DNA of 46,766 nucleotides from Asterionella formosa (lineage: Eukaryota), in assembly GCA_002256025.1 (NCBI GenBank), contig NKIB01014145.1, positions 1-46,766 on the forward strand. The letters run 5' to 3'. Each line of letters starts with the position of its first letter. The stretch's first letter is position 1. Both the position numbers and the translations under genes were made by a program. Below the pieces are notes generated by a model that saw only the letters and a program-made list of their open reading frames with translations, was not told the origin of the DNA and did no database searches. Of the stretch, positions 11,738-24,452 are shown one piece after another.

Positions 11738-12739
11738 AGGTGCTATGTGCTATGTACCGGTATATGTGCTACGCTGGTGCCACCCAGGTAGTACCTAGTA
11801 CAACCGATAGTCGAAGTACTTTATGTCACTTTACCAGAGCTGATAGACGACGGCAACGACATTATTATTTGACATCTCCATCATGTTGGTGGCGGCGAAG
11901 TTCTTGTCAGTCACGAGGCACACGTGAATGAGGAATTAAGCAAGGCAGTATGCGGTTTGCAGCTTGGCTGTCGTGTTGAAATTCCAGCCGGCCGCAGGGA
12001 GTAGAGTAGTATATGTACCGGAATAAGCACACTACGGGTATAAACAGTTACAAAGAGAACCCAGAGGATGGGTCGGCAATTGAGGAGTTTAGCTATGTTA
12101 CCTGACTAGTTAAAACCGTGTTCTACGTCATATGATCGAATCAAGGAAAGCCTCCCCATAACGGTGTACTTACTAACGTACTAACTATGTATGGTTGACT
12201 GATCTATTCTATCCATAGTCATTCCGGAATATGTATCATATTTATTTTATGAATATATCTATGGTATTGACTATATCCATACCGTACATACCTGAATAAA
12301 CGATGAAACAAATCTCGTCATCTTGCTCGCCACTATTTGATTTTGATTACCGGTTTATACATATAATGATACCACTACGAAAGCATTTTTGTCGTCGTAT
12401 ACAACGAATTTCAGTCGAGTCCTCTGATGCATATGCATGCTTGTTGAACAAACGAAATGAAAGTCACATAACATTTCGTGAAACACGCAATCACACCGAA
12501 TCCTTTATTCATCTGTTCCTGAAATGTAAGTTTTTCATCTCTCGACTTCCTTTCGTCCTTCACACATCTCTTTGCTCTGTCCGTGGGAAGGTGATAATTT
12601 GAAGTCCCTGTGAAAGAAAGCATTTGATTCAAGAGTGTTTGGTGATCAATGAAACTCCTACCTATTCCGGTATTTTGAACACCTGTCATTCTCGATGTTG
12701 ACTCACCCTCTCTGCTCTTAGCCGCACGCGAAGTTCAAA

Positions 12740-13618
12740 ATGATGAAACGATACCGTTCTGAGACCATTGATCGGCCTCCGATGAAGCGACCGCGCCTCG
12801 CACACTTCGAGATTCCAGCAATAAACAAGACTTACGGAATCATACCCACTGATACACCAAAGTGTTCTCAACCAACTAATCCACGAAAATACCGCAAGGA
12901 AGGTTCTATGGTCCTTGTAAGTCGCAAGTTCTTAGAAGATCATTTGAAGCCGTGGCAAGAGGCGAGCTTGCTTCGTCAACGCACGTCCACGCTTGAAGGT
13001 GACATACATCGCTTCCGATCCCTGGTGGCCGAAAAGGCCGAATTAGATAAGGGCATTGAAAAGGAAGAATTTCATTTGTTTCAAGCTAAGGCTCGCCTTC
13101 TATCTCATAACGTTCATTGGGACGATCTACAGAAAATCATCGGCCGAGTCGAACAGAGTTATGCCCGTCAAAACTTGTTGTTCAAGCCAGTGCATCCAGT
13201 CAAGCACGAAAAGCCCACTTCTGCGACATCACTGCCGAATAATGCCCTCAAGTCTGCCTTGAAGAAAAGCCGAAAAGCTACCAAGCATGTGCAATTCAAC
13301 ATTGAAGAGTGTCACATCATCACAAATCTCATGGTTCGAGCCGACATTGGCAAGGTCGGTATCTACATTAAGAGAAGTGATCTAGAAGTTTTGTTCAAAG
13401 GAAAAAGTGAACTCGAACAAGAAATAAAGGCACAGAGTGAATTGGAGAAATATAGTAGCAACTATGAGAATGTGCTTAGCAAGGTCAAAGCACGACGAGA
13501 GACGCTCAATCGCCTATCCTGTCTCGTTTCTGAGCTGCAAGCAATCTTGCTTCTGCTGAATTTTGACGCCAACTGTAGTATGGAACATGGGCGGATTCGA
13601 AATGAAATGCAGCAGTAG
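12740..13618 (+). CDS. Hypothetical protein (292 aa), predicted coiled-coil, possible NLS
   Basis: Uninterrupted ORF with good start context (aaaATG), PPMKRPR basic motif and heptad-like L/E/K-rich segments. No family recognised. Confidence 0.6.
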   Translation: MMKRYRSETIDRPPMKRPRLAHFEIPAINKTYGIIPTDTPKCSQPTNPRKYRKEGSMVLVSRKFLEDHLKPWQEASLLRQRTSTLEGDIHRFRSLVAEKAELDKGIEKEEFHLFQAKARLLSHNVHWDDLQKIIGRVEQSYARQNLLFKPVHPVKHEKPTSATSLPNNALKSALKKSRKATKHVQFNIEECHIITNLMVRADIGKVGIYIKRSDLEVLFKGKSELEQEIKAQSELEKYSSNYENVLSKVKARRETLNRLSCLVSELQAILLLLNFDANCSMEHGRIRNEMQQ

Positions 13619-13925
13619 TCTAGCTACAAAGGAACACATACGTTCACTGTGGTGATTAATTGATTAAGAACATCAGTTTATTCATTGGAAAATAAATGGT
13701 ATTGTTCACAAATCTCTCTCTACGGTGATGAAATAGGTCACAACCAAATGGTTTCACCATCTAGGATCCGTTGCTATGTAGCCACATAGATAGCAGAGCT
13801 ATGAAAAGGTTGAAATACTGCAGAAGAATTTGATCATAAGCAGCAGTTGGCCTATATATTGGTCTCAGTCTCGGTGAAAGATGAAGCAACATACCAGGGG
13901 GCCCGTGGGGCCGTACATAGTACCG

Positions 13926-13999
13926 GTATTAGTCTTGCCATCAACGTGTTCCGGTCAGTACATAGTATTAGTCTTGCCATCAACGTGTTCCGGGCAGTA
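13926..13999 (+). repeat. 39-bp-period tandem duplication
   Basis: GTATTAGTCTTGCCATCAACGTGTTCCGG(T/G)CAGTA at 13926 and at 13965. Confidence 0.9.
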
Positions 14000-14113
14000 G
14001 TAAAATGGGAACCCCCGTCGCGAGGTGCACTGCTTGACGGCCGAGCGATGCCAACAAAAAGGGAATGATGGAGTACGGTGCCCGTATCTGGTACTGTAGC
14101 TGCTGTGCCGCAC

Positions 14114-14206
14114 GCAAGTTGAGGTCATTTTGCCTACTAAACAAACAATGTAATATGGGATAAAGATAGCTAAATTTTAAGTTTTAGCAAAATTACCGCA
14201 ACTTGC
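14114..14206 (-). mobile_element. ~90-bp palindromic MITE-like element, copy 2 (inverted)
   Basis: GCAAGTTGAGGTCATTTTGC ... GGGATAAAGATAGCTAAA ... GCAAAATTACCGCAACTTGC, the reverse complement of copy 1. Confidence 0.75.
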
Positions 14207-14319
14207 TGGTACCTGGTACCAGGTAGGTGTATGGATTGGGAGAACCTTGCCTGACACGAACATCCAGCAGCCATGTACTTGTACCTGGTACCAGGTACCT
14301 GGTACCCTGGGTGGTAACA

Positions 14320-14410
14320 GGAAGTTGCGGTCATTTTGCTTAGAAACAATTGAATAAGGGATCAAGATAGCTAAACTTTTAGTTTCAGGACAATCATTAC
14401 AGCAACTTGC
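14320..14410 (-). mobile_element. ~90-bp palindromic MITE-like element, copy 3 (inverted)
   Basis: GGAAGTTGCGGTCATTTTGCT ... GATAGCTAAACTTTTAGTTTCAG ... TTACAGCAACTTGC. Confidence 0.7.
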
Positions 14411-14939
14411 TGGTTACAAGGCTTACAACCGGTACATATGTAGGGTCCTGGTTACCTGGTACCAGAACCCCTGGTACCCGGTAGTGTACCTTGTACCTGT
14501 ACCTGGTACCTGGTACCAAGGTTCCAGTTGTCACCACGCACCTGCAATTGAGATATTTAGTTTATTTCATTCTGTAGTTTCCGGTAGATGACGAGTGCCA
14601 GAAGTACCGGTACGGTACCAGGTACAATGATGCCCATACCCCCCCCCCCAACGAGATTCCAGGTATCAGCTACATATACAGGAGTACCGGTTCTCCAGTG
14701 GAGTACCAGCATTTTCAGCAATTTGGCTGCTTCAGGCTGACGGGCAGACACAGGAATTTAAACAGAAGCATACCGGTATGTTACCGGTGCCCATGCTTAG
14801 GGGGTTATCGGCTACATCAACAAAGCTTGCGCAGACACGTGAAATCGACGTTCGCCAAATCAATTTGAGCGATATGTTTCAGTCGAAAATAAGTCATTTA
14901 GAAGAACAATAGTGCAAAACGGCTTAATTTACAAGAATT

Positions 14940-15115
14940 TAGGATAAGAAATGTATAATTATTGTTTTAGGCACATACAAATCTTTTCAGAAATGATCAA
15001 AAGCAATTGTTTCAAATCGTCAGATTTAGCTAGGATAAGAAATGTATAATTATTGTTTTAGGCACATACAAATCTTTTCAGAAATGATCAAAAGCAATTG
15101 TTTCAAATCGTCAGA
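14940..15115 (+). repeat. Perfect 85-bp direct repeat, period 91 bp
   Basis: TAGGATAAGAAATGTATAATT...AAATCGTCAGA at 14940-15024 and 15031-15115, identical by eye. Confidence 0.95.
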
Positions 15116-15212
15116 CAATTCTAGGTCTTCCTCCTGTTTGTCATTTCAAAAATATTTGTACTAAGAAATAAGTAGATTTTTAGCCGTAGTTACATACCGG
15201 GTACCTGTAATT

Positions 15213-15461
15213 AGAATGCATTTTTCAGCGTCAAGACAAACAGTTGTACCAAAATCCGGAAATAGCGATGAATTGCAAACAAAACTGGCAAGAAACAGAA
15301 ATTAGGCAACTCAATCATTTTATTTTCCATTAAAAATGTGGAAAGAATGTATTTTTCAGTATCAACACAAACAGTAGTAGCAAAATCCGAAAATAGCTAT
15401 GCATTGCAAAAGCACAACAATGGCAAGAAACAGAAATCAGGCAACTCAATCATTTCATTTT
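15213..15461 (+). repeat. Diverged ~115-bp direct repeat, period ~131 bp
   Basis: AGAATG(C/T)ATTTTTCAG...CAAAATCCG(G/A)AAATAGC...TGGCAAGAAACAGAAAT(T/C)AGGCAACTCAATCATTT starting at 15213 and 15344. Confidence 0.85.
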
Positions 15462-18307
15462 ACAAGCAAAATAAAACATGGATTTCACATGATTGGCCGA
15501 AACAAATAAACCTAGCAATGTAAACCTGCAAACAGTTTTTCCAGAAGGAACTGACAAGGCCACCTGAACAACTTTATCTTGTTCACATCATCAAATCACC
15601 AAGTTTTGGAATAATATTCCTGTTGTTTTTGGGGCTGCATGACGTGTATTCAGGCTACGAGTCCAAGACTGTCAGGACTTCTTGATATGCTTGTTGAGAA
15701 AACTAAACTTTGACAGATTCATACATTGTTGTCACCATCATAGTGACATCTCAATCCAGGACATGAAGGAAAATGATGAGCTAGGTGAGGTGGGGAATGA
15801 AAAATTGGAAAATTCAAATCCTTTTTAGACAATAACTTAGAAGTTCCCTACCAGTCACCTTTGTCTCCTGCTGTGCCATTGCTACTATACTCAGAAAAAG
15901 TCAAATCCAGCACTACTGTCATGCTCTCTAAAAACCAGCGATCACGTCTTCCTTGAAAATATCTTTTCTTCACCAACTCCATCCACTTGTTCCTCCAATG
16001 CTGTCGTGACAATGAAAGTCCACCTCAACCTCCAGGCAATTACCCATACCTCGAGCAGGTACAAACAATCTGTCTAATTTGCCCGAAAAAATCCAGGTGG
16101 AATGATGATCCTTTGTTCACCCTTGGTTGAGTTTTACCAAAATTTCTTTTTGTGATTACCATCTACAAGCCTCTCGTCGACTTGAGTGATTACAACAAGC
16201 AAACAAAGGCATATCTTAATACAAATGGATGCTCAATCATGATCCAGGAAGCTCCTGTTGCTACATACATGATGAAAAAATTGAAAAATATGCATGAACC
16301 GGATGGAACCGAATTGTGTGCTGCTACCTTGAAGATTCACAGAATGATAGCATTTGAGATTGATGACAATAAGGATTGTAGTGACAAAAATACTGGGCTC
16401 TTTTCCCCTGGAGATATTACTTGCAATGCCGATTATTAAAACTTTGGAGGTGGAAGATCCAGTAGGTCCGGAAAGTTGAAAAACTATTGCCATATGATGG
16501 AAACAGTTGTCAGTAAAGATGAAAATGGCATGGATATGGTCCAACTTTTTGCTTTTGAGGTCTGGAAGGTGGTCACAAATGGATTGATCTGCAGCCTTGC
16601 AGTGCATCATCAAATCAATTCTGATAACTATTATTACATTGAGGCCAAGCAACATGTGTGGGACATAACACAAGTATCAATGTGGCACATAGGTACTGTT
16701 ATAAATGTATAAATATGTAAATGTACCATTATTCATTCAGCCAATAGCAATGGTTTACAGCAGCAACGGAATGAGTCCAATGATGTTGATGATTTCTCCA
16801 TTATTGGAGAGTTTCTAATGATCCCCATACATTAACGAATATTGATAGAACTGGTATGATTATACAGAGGAAAAGATGGAATTTAATATCTTTTAGCTGA
16901 GCAATATTCTCACACCTGCATAATTATATAAAAGTTGATGCTTGCTCAGTAGCAGAGTAAACATGAAAATTTCGCATTTTTCGCAATTAAGTGTTAACAG
17001 TGACCGTTGGGCGATAATACCTAATTAACAATTTACACCATGCAACAATACAAGTACGTACGTATTCACTTGCTACATAAATCAGAACAATTCGTTCGTG
17101 GCAATAAATAGTGTATCTTGCAAACTAAGTTCATGCCGTGCATTCACTCCATTTATCGGTGACTTACGGTTCAAAAATTGCCATACTAGTGCTGGCCTAA
17201 AATTTTTAACTGGTACAAGGTAACAGTGCCCAGTAGCTAGAAACATCCAGTCGATGCACATCAAAGCTCAAATCAGAAAGGCATGGACTGGTTGTACCAG
17301 GAGTACCAACAATAGAGTACTGGTAAGCGATAAGAATTCCAGTCCGCTTGGTACAACCAGATGCCAGTTCAATCCTACTATGTATATGTTGTTAGTGGTG
17401 CAGCACACCATAATTATTAACATGTCATCTGTCTAGACTACCTAGTAGATTTAACTGAAAGATGTCTAATAAGTCACTTGTCAAACACTAGCTAGGACTG
17501 GGGTTTCATTCAAGCCATTGAGTCATCATGGTTGACTAGTAACATAGGCATCAAGTTCCTCATCACTACACCATTGTTGTTACATAAACTCCGAATGCAT
17601 GAGTACAAGCTGAAATGTTGCCAATTACTGAATTTCCCCAGCACAGGCTTCTGGGAAGTGAACCAGCATGTATTTGACATGAAGCTTAAAATGCATGGGA
17701 GCCTATGAAAAAACGCCGTCAAAGTGTGAGATTCAATGAAATTCAGAAACATTATGGAGGAAAAAATAATTTGTTGATTTTGTTTGAGGAAGGAAAAATA
17801 GCTAATTTCAAGAATTACTAGGTTCATTATTGCAGATTGACCTCCAGGCAAGCACTACCATCCCAACAAAAAGTTAAAAATCATCCTTCAGCTGACACAT
17901 GTAAAGGGATTATTAATGGATGTGCTTAAAATTGCACTCAAAAAATAGGATACAATTTACAAATTATCCTGTTGTATCCAGTACTTTCAAGGACTGTCTT
18001 GTAATAGTTGTAATGTTCTCAGGATATACACACTATCTTGATCATTTCCTTTTACCATTATTGATGTACACATTATTTCAACAAGGAAAAGAACACATAA
18101 CATAACAAAGGAATAAATTCCTTTTATGTTAACTTGCTCCCAAGTCATCAAATTGTTGTCACCAGCAAATTGAAATTTGGAAGAGGACAAGGGAATAAAA
18201 GAAATCGTTCTTTTGTCTATTTTATTGATGTACACTATATCCCAAAGGGAAACCCTCTTACATGAGAGTTTCAACATATAAACGAAAATTCGATTGTAGC
18301 AGAGGAA

Positions 18308-20446
18308 CTAATTCCTTCTCATGTTGTGTTGCTCCCATGTTGTTGATGTGTCGCCAGCATAATGCTGCAGTCTAGGGCTCAATGGTGTGTTGATTGGAGA
18401 AGTTATCTTCTCACTTATTTTTGAAAGTACAGAATCATCATCGTCTGTACCAACTGTTGACGCACTGCGGAAGCTGCGTTCCCAGGATGGGATCGGGCCT
18501 AGCATCTGATGATTAAAACTTCCAACAGGAGAAATGGTGCGTTCGGCATCTGGATCGATTTGGTCCTGAGTAAAGACTCTGCATAGGGATCCTCCACCAA
18601 CAGAGCCATTCGCCGATAATCCCTCCATTCCTGCTGCCGAATGGTCTGTTCCTAAACTTGCTGAGTGAACTATTGAGTTGGCCTCTTCGTTTCTCGTGCT
18701 GAAAAACGATGGTGTATCGAAGGTATCAGGCAGCCATTGGGACTGGCACCCCAACATCTTCGATGGCCAGTCAAATTCAATGCGTCGTGGTGGCGCAGGT
18801 GGAGGCGTTCGTGCTTCATCATCTTGTTCCACCATTTGTTCATCTGGTCCAACAATTTCATCTTCACAGTCCATCATCTCCAAAAGTTCAACCTCCTGAC
18901 TCTCTTCAGTGGCACCATATGTTCCTTCTTGGTTCACAGCAGATGTATGTGGATGAATGATGTCCATTGACCCTTTTTGTGTCAGCAACATACCATCGCG
19001 GGGACCATCACTACTGTCATTTGCACAAACAGCCATGCCGTCCCAAGAACCAAGGAAGTTGGTTGCAAATTGTGACAATAATGATGGATGTTCGTGGACG
19101 GCATCGAAAGGCTGCGTTGATCCGTGAGGCTCAAGTGCATGTGACTTTGGGTCGGTGTCTGGTGCGAGTGAATTGGAATTCGAGTGGCAATGTCTGATAG
19201 GGTTGTATGAGCTGCATTGTTGTTCGGGGCGAGGACGGGACGTCGAAGCACCATACGTGCCGTAGCGGTCAGAAGCAGGACGACCATACGAATATGGCTT
19301 TTCGTGCACTGCAGCACGTCTACGGTCTTCTTCAAAAGTAACAATGCGCCTTGAACCATCGCGATGGTCAACGGTATGATCATCTGGAGGGTGATGTACA
19401 TAAGCCAAAGGCTTGGTACTACGTCGTACAGGCTTATCATGCCCATCAGAAGATCCTGAGTTGTTGCCGCCAAAACTGAAACTTGTTTTTGTCCATGCAG
19501 CAATCGACGAAGGAACGGACGTCACGAACTTAGGAATCTCGGAAAATGCCGACTTCGAGTGATTATCATCATCATGGCTTGAGTGGGAAAGACTTGGAGG
19601 AATATTGTCTTGATGTGCTTCGCTTTGCCGGGAACCTCGAGGACTTGGTGCACTATAGTGACCGTGGGTACCTCCTCTTCTTGAAGTGACGGAACCTGAA
19701 GGCGATTTGGCTTTTGCCGACGTATGACTGCTTTCGTCATAACTAAAACTTCTCTGATAGTGAGGCGAATGGGCATGCGACTCCGGCGGAGGATGAGCGT
19801 ATTCAAGGACTGCTGGTGGCGGATAGTGGCCATATGAAGAATATGCCGGATAATAACCCCAGGGTTGGGGGTAGTAATGCGCGGGTGGCGGTCCATAATG
19901 CTGCACAACATGAGCAGCTTCTTCCACCTCGACACGTTTCATCTCCGCTCGCTGGTGGTTAATCTCAACTTCAATTTCTGCTCTAATGGAAGGTGCATTC
20001 TCTCTCAACGCCTGGCTGGTCTTATCTCGTGCCTTCTCATCGCCAATGTCACACCAAAGTCCGGATTTTGAATCCCTAGTTAGAAAATGACCAGGAGGAT
20101 TTAACGCTCTAATTTCAGTGACGATGCTGTTTGCGATGAGGCGCTTTTCTCGCTTAAATCGAGCCGTCAAGTATACTCTTTTTCTTCGTTCCACGAGGTC
20201 TCGAAAGCGCTCATTTCCTGGATGAGAGTTGATTGAGCCTCCTCTTCCACAAAGGACATCATTTTCGTGCGGCTCTTTAACGTCCATCCTAGTCATGGAC
20301 GGTATCTCCTTGTCGCAATCGGAAAGGGCGCCTCCAGGGGTAACAACGACTCCTTTGGAGTAGGAGCCTTCTAGTCCGTTCGTGCTCTTTGGAGATTCCA
20401 TGGTTGAAAGGGATTCGCTAAATTTATGGTTTGAATGGGGCTCCAA
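18308..20446 (-). CDS. DUF6824-domain protein (diatom-expanded putative DNA-binding family) with long disordered C-terminus
   Basis: PHENDVLCGRGGSINSHPGNERFR...EKRLIA..IV..IR...PPGHFL...W.DIGDEKARDKTSQALRE matches DUF6824. The ORF call starts at TTG; the first ATG is near 20401. Confidence 0.85.
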   Translation of the reverse strand: MEPHSNHKFSESLSTMESPKSTNGLEGSYSKGVVVTPGGALSDCDKEIPSMTRMDVKEPHENDVLCGRGGSINSHPGNERFRDLVERRKRVYLTARFKREKRLIANSIVTEIRALNPPGHFLTRDSKSGLWCDIGDEKARDKTSQALRENAPSIRAEIEVEINHQRAEMKRVEVEEAAHVVQHYGPPPAHYYPQPWGYYPAYSSYGHYPPPAVLEYAHPPPESHAHSPHYQRSFSYDESSHTSAKAKSPSGSVTSRRGGTHGHYSAPSPRGSRQSEAHQDNIPPSLSHSSHDDDNHSKSAFSEIPKFVTSVPSSIAAWTKTSFSFGGNNSGSSDGHDKPVRRSTKPLAYVHHPPDDHTVDHRDGSRRIVTFEEDRRRAAVHEKPYSYGRPASDRYGTYGASTSRPRPEQQCSSYNPIRHCHSNSNSLAPDTDPKSHALEPHGSTQPFDAVHEHPSLLSQFATNFLGSWDGMAVCANDSSDGPRDGMLLTQKGSMDIIHPHTSAVNQEGTYGATEESQEVELLEMMDCEDEIVGPDEQMVEQDDEARTPPPAPPRRIEFDWPSKMLGCQSQWLPDTFDTPSFFSTRNEEANSIVHSASLGTDHSAAGMEGLSANGSVGGGSLCRVFTQDQIDPDAERTISPVGSFNHQMLGPIPSWERSFRSASTVGTDDDDSVLSKISEKITSPINTPLSPRLQHYAGDTSTTWEQHNMRRN

Positions 20447-22272
20447 CAGTCGTACTGTCCAGCCGCGCCACAGGTCAGTTGATTTTCAGTTGAACAGCGC
20501 TTTGGCCAATGCGAACGAGAAGAAGGTATCGAAATCAATATGATGTCCCCAGTATATCAAGGCACGGTCTTGGCAACAGTTGAGTTTGATCTTGTAATAT
20601 GGCGACGGCAACTGAGTGCACCTTTGGCGATGAAGTGGAGCCCTTAATGTAATAATCAGTGATTGAACTCTGTCGTAGTCTTACTCGCAGTATTGTTGCC
20701 GCCTTTGGGCTGTGGGAACAAGGTGGGAAACTTAAACACTTCGCTGAAATTTTCCATTTCATGCTCGGCCGGCGTACACTATACTTAATGAAGGATTGAG
20801 TGTGGAAACATTCACATAACTGTTAACGTATAATCGTTTTCAAAAAGAGAGAAATTTGCAGTGAATCCGGGTTTGTTTCACCAGTTGAGCGTGCCTGTCT
20901 CGGAGTATTTTCGGAGGCAGTTATATGCATACCGAAGATTCCCGTAGAGACAACGATGTTCATATCACTTTATCTGCCTCCAGTGGGGGTGCAAGATTTA
21001 ATTGAAACTGTTCGGGAACACAGTCTCCTGTCTGATGCACGGATGGAAAAATTGCACGACCGACTGCTGAGCAGTACGGTACCTGGTGCCCGGTATTTAC
21101 ATTGTGAGGAAAACGGGACCAGATACCCGCAGCAGATACTCCGACAACCTGTTAGGGTAACAGTTATACAGGTATCACCAGTTTGGTACCAGTACTACCG
21201 GTAGTACGGATACCTGTCCAGTTGCGTGACATTGGTAATTCAGCTGTTTTTTTAATATACCTGCCATATACCGGTAGTTAAAACCGTCTTCTACTGCAGC
21301 TCCCCAGGTACCTGGTACCTTTACCAAGTACCGGTACCCGGGACTTTTCCAAACGAGATGAAACTGTAAAAACTATTACCCGATAGTAAATTCAAATGTC
21401 CAGCCATTGGCATTTGGACTACTGGTAAAATACTTACCGGTAGAGTAACCTGAATTGCGCAACACTACCGGTATATCGAATCCATGCTACTACACATAGC
21501 TGTACAGGAATAAATGTGATCCTCAAAATTACAGTCCGCCATTATTTGTTGAATAATTTGTTCACTTCCCTTGCCAATTTTGCATCCATGTACATGAATT
21601 GACAGAAGAGGAAGAAGAATACATGCCGTGAGACTAAAAAGCTTGCCAATCTACCTCAGGATGTCTTGTATGCCAAGGATATACCATCAGACGTTGAAGA
21701 TAAGGTAGCCAAAGGAATTCTGAAAGGTTTGGACAAATTGAAAAAGACTATGGCTACATAAAATATATGTTCAGCCAGCAGGGTACCTGAGGTAGCCCTT
21801 GTAGATGCTAGTTTATAATTATTTAGCTTAGATGTTGCAGTTCATTTCTATTTATTGAACACTACAGTGTAGTTCTTGTGATCAGCTGGAGAATCCTGCA
21901 TCATGCCATCTCTGCCTTGACCATGATGAACATAGCAAATTTCTCCACAAAAAACGAGAATGATGCTTTGCTTTTGCGTAAATACATCTAACATAACATA
22001 GATAAAGCAATCGTAAAAAATAACTTGGCACATTTCTTCATGTTGTTTTAGACAACTTGCTAACAGCCCACAATTCAAGGAAGGTGTAGCAAGGTAATGC
22101 TACCATTGGATGAGTGAATTTGCAGCTGAGAAGTGCATAATCAACAAATGATTATAGTATCACACCATGACATGATAGCTACCAGTAAATACTGGTACAT
22201 GGCAACAACAGATGCAAGGAACACTGACTCGCAGACCCAAAGCAGAGATGGTGAAAGTCAAATGCAATCAAA

Positions 22273-23625
22273 TCATATACCTCCACTCTGAAAAGTTACA
22301 ATGGTTTTGTCAAAATCACGAGTACCAGTCATTTGATTCATATTCAATGATGGCTGTGCAGTAACATCCACAAAACTTCCAATAATTTTGGCTGGCACAC
22401 CCACTGCAACAGAATGGGGCTCTAAATCAGTGATGACAAGCGTCCCAGCTCCCACTTGACATCCATCTCCAATCTTGATATTCCCTAGGACACTACATCC
22501 TGCTCCCAACAACACCCCATTTCCTACCTTTGGATGGCGATCGACTCCTTTCTTTCCTGATCCTCCTAGTGTGACATGATGGAGTAAGGAGCAATTATGG
22601 CCAACTGTGGCTGTTTCGCCAATGACAATGCCTGTTCCATGATCCAGCATAATACCACTGCCTAGAGTTGCGTTGGGGTGAATATCAATTTGAAAATTTT
22701 GTGACACTTGAGACTGCAAGTAGTGCGCCAGAACTTGACGTCCCCCCTTGTACATGTAGTGTGCGACACGATAGGTCTGAAGGGCATGAAATCCTTTAAA
22801 GTACAAGAAAACATCAGGGAGACATGTGCAAGCAGGGTCTCGGTCACGAACAGCCATGATATCGGCGCGAAGAGATCGGCGAAAATCAGGACAATTTTCG
22901 AGAGCTTCCTGTATAAGGGATTGCACTTGAGTTGACATCATGGCTGGACTTGAAAGTCGATTCGCCAAGTGGAATGCAAGAGCCGATTCCAAGGATTTGT
23001 GATTTAAAATAGAGGAGTACAGAAAGCTGACTAGCAAGGGTTCTCTTTCGGCTTCTCGAAAGGCTTCGTATCGCAGCGTATCCCAAACTACATCAGCTTC
23101 GTCTGAATAGACTGCGACTGGAATACTAAGATCTATAGAAGGATATTGAAAATCTGGGGGAGGTAGGGAACCATTACTCGTTTTGGCCTCGTAGGCAACG
23201 AAGTTTTCGCCGCTCGTGCTGGCGCCTTCAAAGTGAGATTCATGCCAGACTGCAGCTGTCAAGTGTCTGTCGTTCTCGTTGCGTGGAATAATCTTCTTGG
23301 TAGTTGGGATCACCGAATTAGCAATCGACACATGGGATGTTGCCGGAATATTGGCCGCTCGCTCTTGCTGTGCCTCTGGTGGCTTTTCGGCTGGGTCCGG
23401 TGCAATCCAATTCTTTGCAGCGTCTTCGATGGATTTTTCATTATCTTCGTCGCCTGAAAATGGCTTGTTCTTCCCGAGCCCCAAGTCGTATTTGCGAGTG
23501 CCCTTATCGAACAGACGCGTATTTCTTCTTGGCAGCTTACCACTTGTCCAGGCCAGTATGACACTAGACGATAATATCCAAAGGGTGAACGCAAGGAAGG
23601 CACGTGTAGAGAGATTGGCCACCAT
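22273..23625 (-). CDS. SAT: Serine O-acetyltransferase, plastid-targeted (450 aa)
   Basis: RDRDPAC, YFKGFHALQTYR, IDIHPNA, LDHGTGIVIGETA, VTLGGSGK..DRHPKVG hexapeptide repeats and a C-terminal Ile (cysteine synthase complex). The signal peptide ends ILA-W. Confidence 0.97.
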   Translation of the reverse strand: MVANLSTRAFLAFTLWILSSSVILAWTSGKLPRRNTRLFDKGTRKYDLGLGKNKPFSGDEDNEKSIEDAAKNWIAPDPAEKPPEAQQERAANIPATSHVSIANSVIPTTKKIIPRNENDRHLTAAVWHESHFEGASTSGENFVAYEAKTSNGSLPPPDFQYPSIDLSIPVAVYSDEADVVWDTLRYEAFREAEREPLLVSFLYSSILNHKSLESALAFHLANRLSSPAMMSTQVQSLIQEALENCPDFRRSLRADIMAVRDRDPACTCLPDVFLYFKGFHALQTYRVAHYMYKGGRQVLAHYLQSQVSQNFQIDIHPNATLGSGIMLDHGTGIVIGETATVGHNCSLLHHVTLGGSGKKGVDRHPKVGNGVLLGAGCSVLGNIKIGDGCQVGAGTLVITDLEPHSVAVGVPAKIIGSFVDVTAQPSLNMNQMTGTRDFDKTIVTFQSGGI

Positions 23626-24452
23626 GGTGGATCATCGACTCGTACCTATTTTTATCGCTCTGCGGGTGTTCCGTGAAGCATGGCTTCGAAAAAAACTCAT
23701 CACGTCGACGACGTCTTGGTATTGTAAATCAAATGTACTGTAAATGCATGTGATCCCTGTAACGCTTAATATTTTTGTTTTCCAATCCTATGTGTACACA
23801 TATGTATGTACCGGTATGTGACATCGTGGTTCATCTTCCGCCTGTATGATACCACGTACCGGCAGTACAGTACCTGGTACCTGCTACATAACATAGAGAT
23901 AAAATGCATCGACGTACATACGACTGCCTGTAGACTACTGATAGCTAGCTCTAGTAAGTTTAGAGTCAAACGTTGGTGCCTCGTTGGTTCCTACTGCCTA
24001 TGCATTTGTTCCACTTGGTGTTGTTATTTAAGAATAAAAGGGCTTTTGCCACAAGTTTCTCCGATTTTGCTCCTTGATGTTTTCGACATAAAAAAAGGAG
24101 TCGAGCTCGTCTGATATTAATTATCCCGGGTACTGACTAACTAACTAGGTACCTTTACGGTATACGAATTGGATGCATGGTCACCCCCTATAAATCGTGA
24201 CAATGACGGACTTTCAGCCACCCTGCTCCATACCTTACCTGTACCAGGGTACCTGGTAGTGGTACCTGATACCCTGGTGCTCATCAGAGCAAGCCATGAT
24301 CATGATAATAATAATCAAAGAATGCCGGAACTACCTTTCTTTATTTTTTTGCAATCTTGTCATCACACTTCTGATCCTTCCTATTCCTGAAGCGTAACGT
24401 CCATTTCATCTAGCTAATAATATCATATACCGGTAGACTATAGTTGCTTGTC

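Larger units (their letters stand above)
14797..17024. mobile_element. Possible decayed ~2.2-kb DNA transposon
   Basis: Weak imperfect inverted ends (TTAGGGGGTTATCGG at 14797; GCGATAATACCTAA ending at 17024), nested subterminal direct repeats, broken + strand ORFs (16152-16712) and a CpG-poor interior. No transposase motif was recognised. Confidence 0.3.

Noticed and set aside
13926..15461. CRISPR-like reading of the direct repeats
   Set aside because: Each repeat has only two copies, there are no unique spacers or cas genes, and the context is eukaryotic.
21590..21761. Coding-like fragment (KLANLPQDVLYAKDIPSDVEDKVAKGILKGLDKLKK)
   Set aside because: Short, frameshifted upstream and unrecognised; too weak to call.
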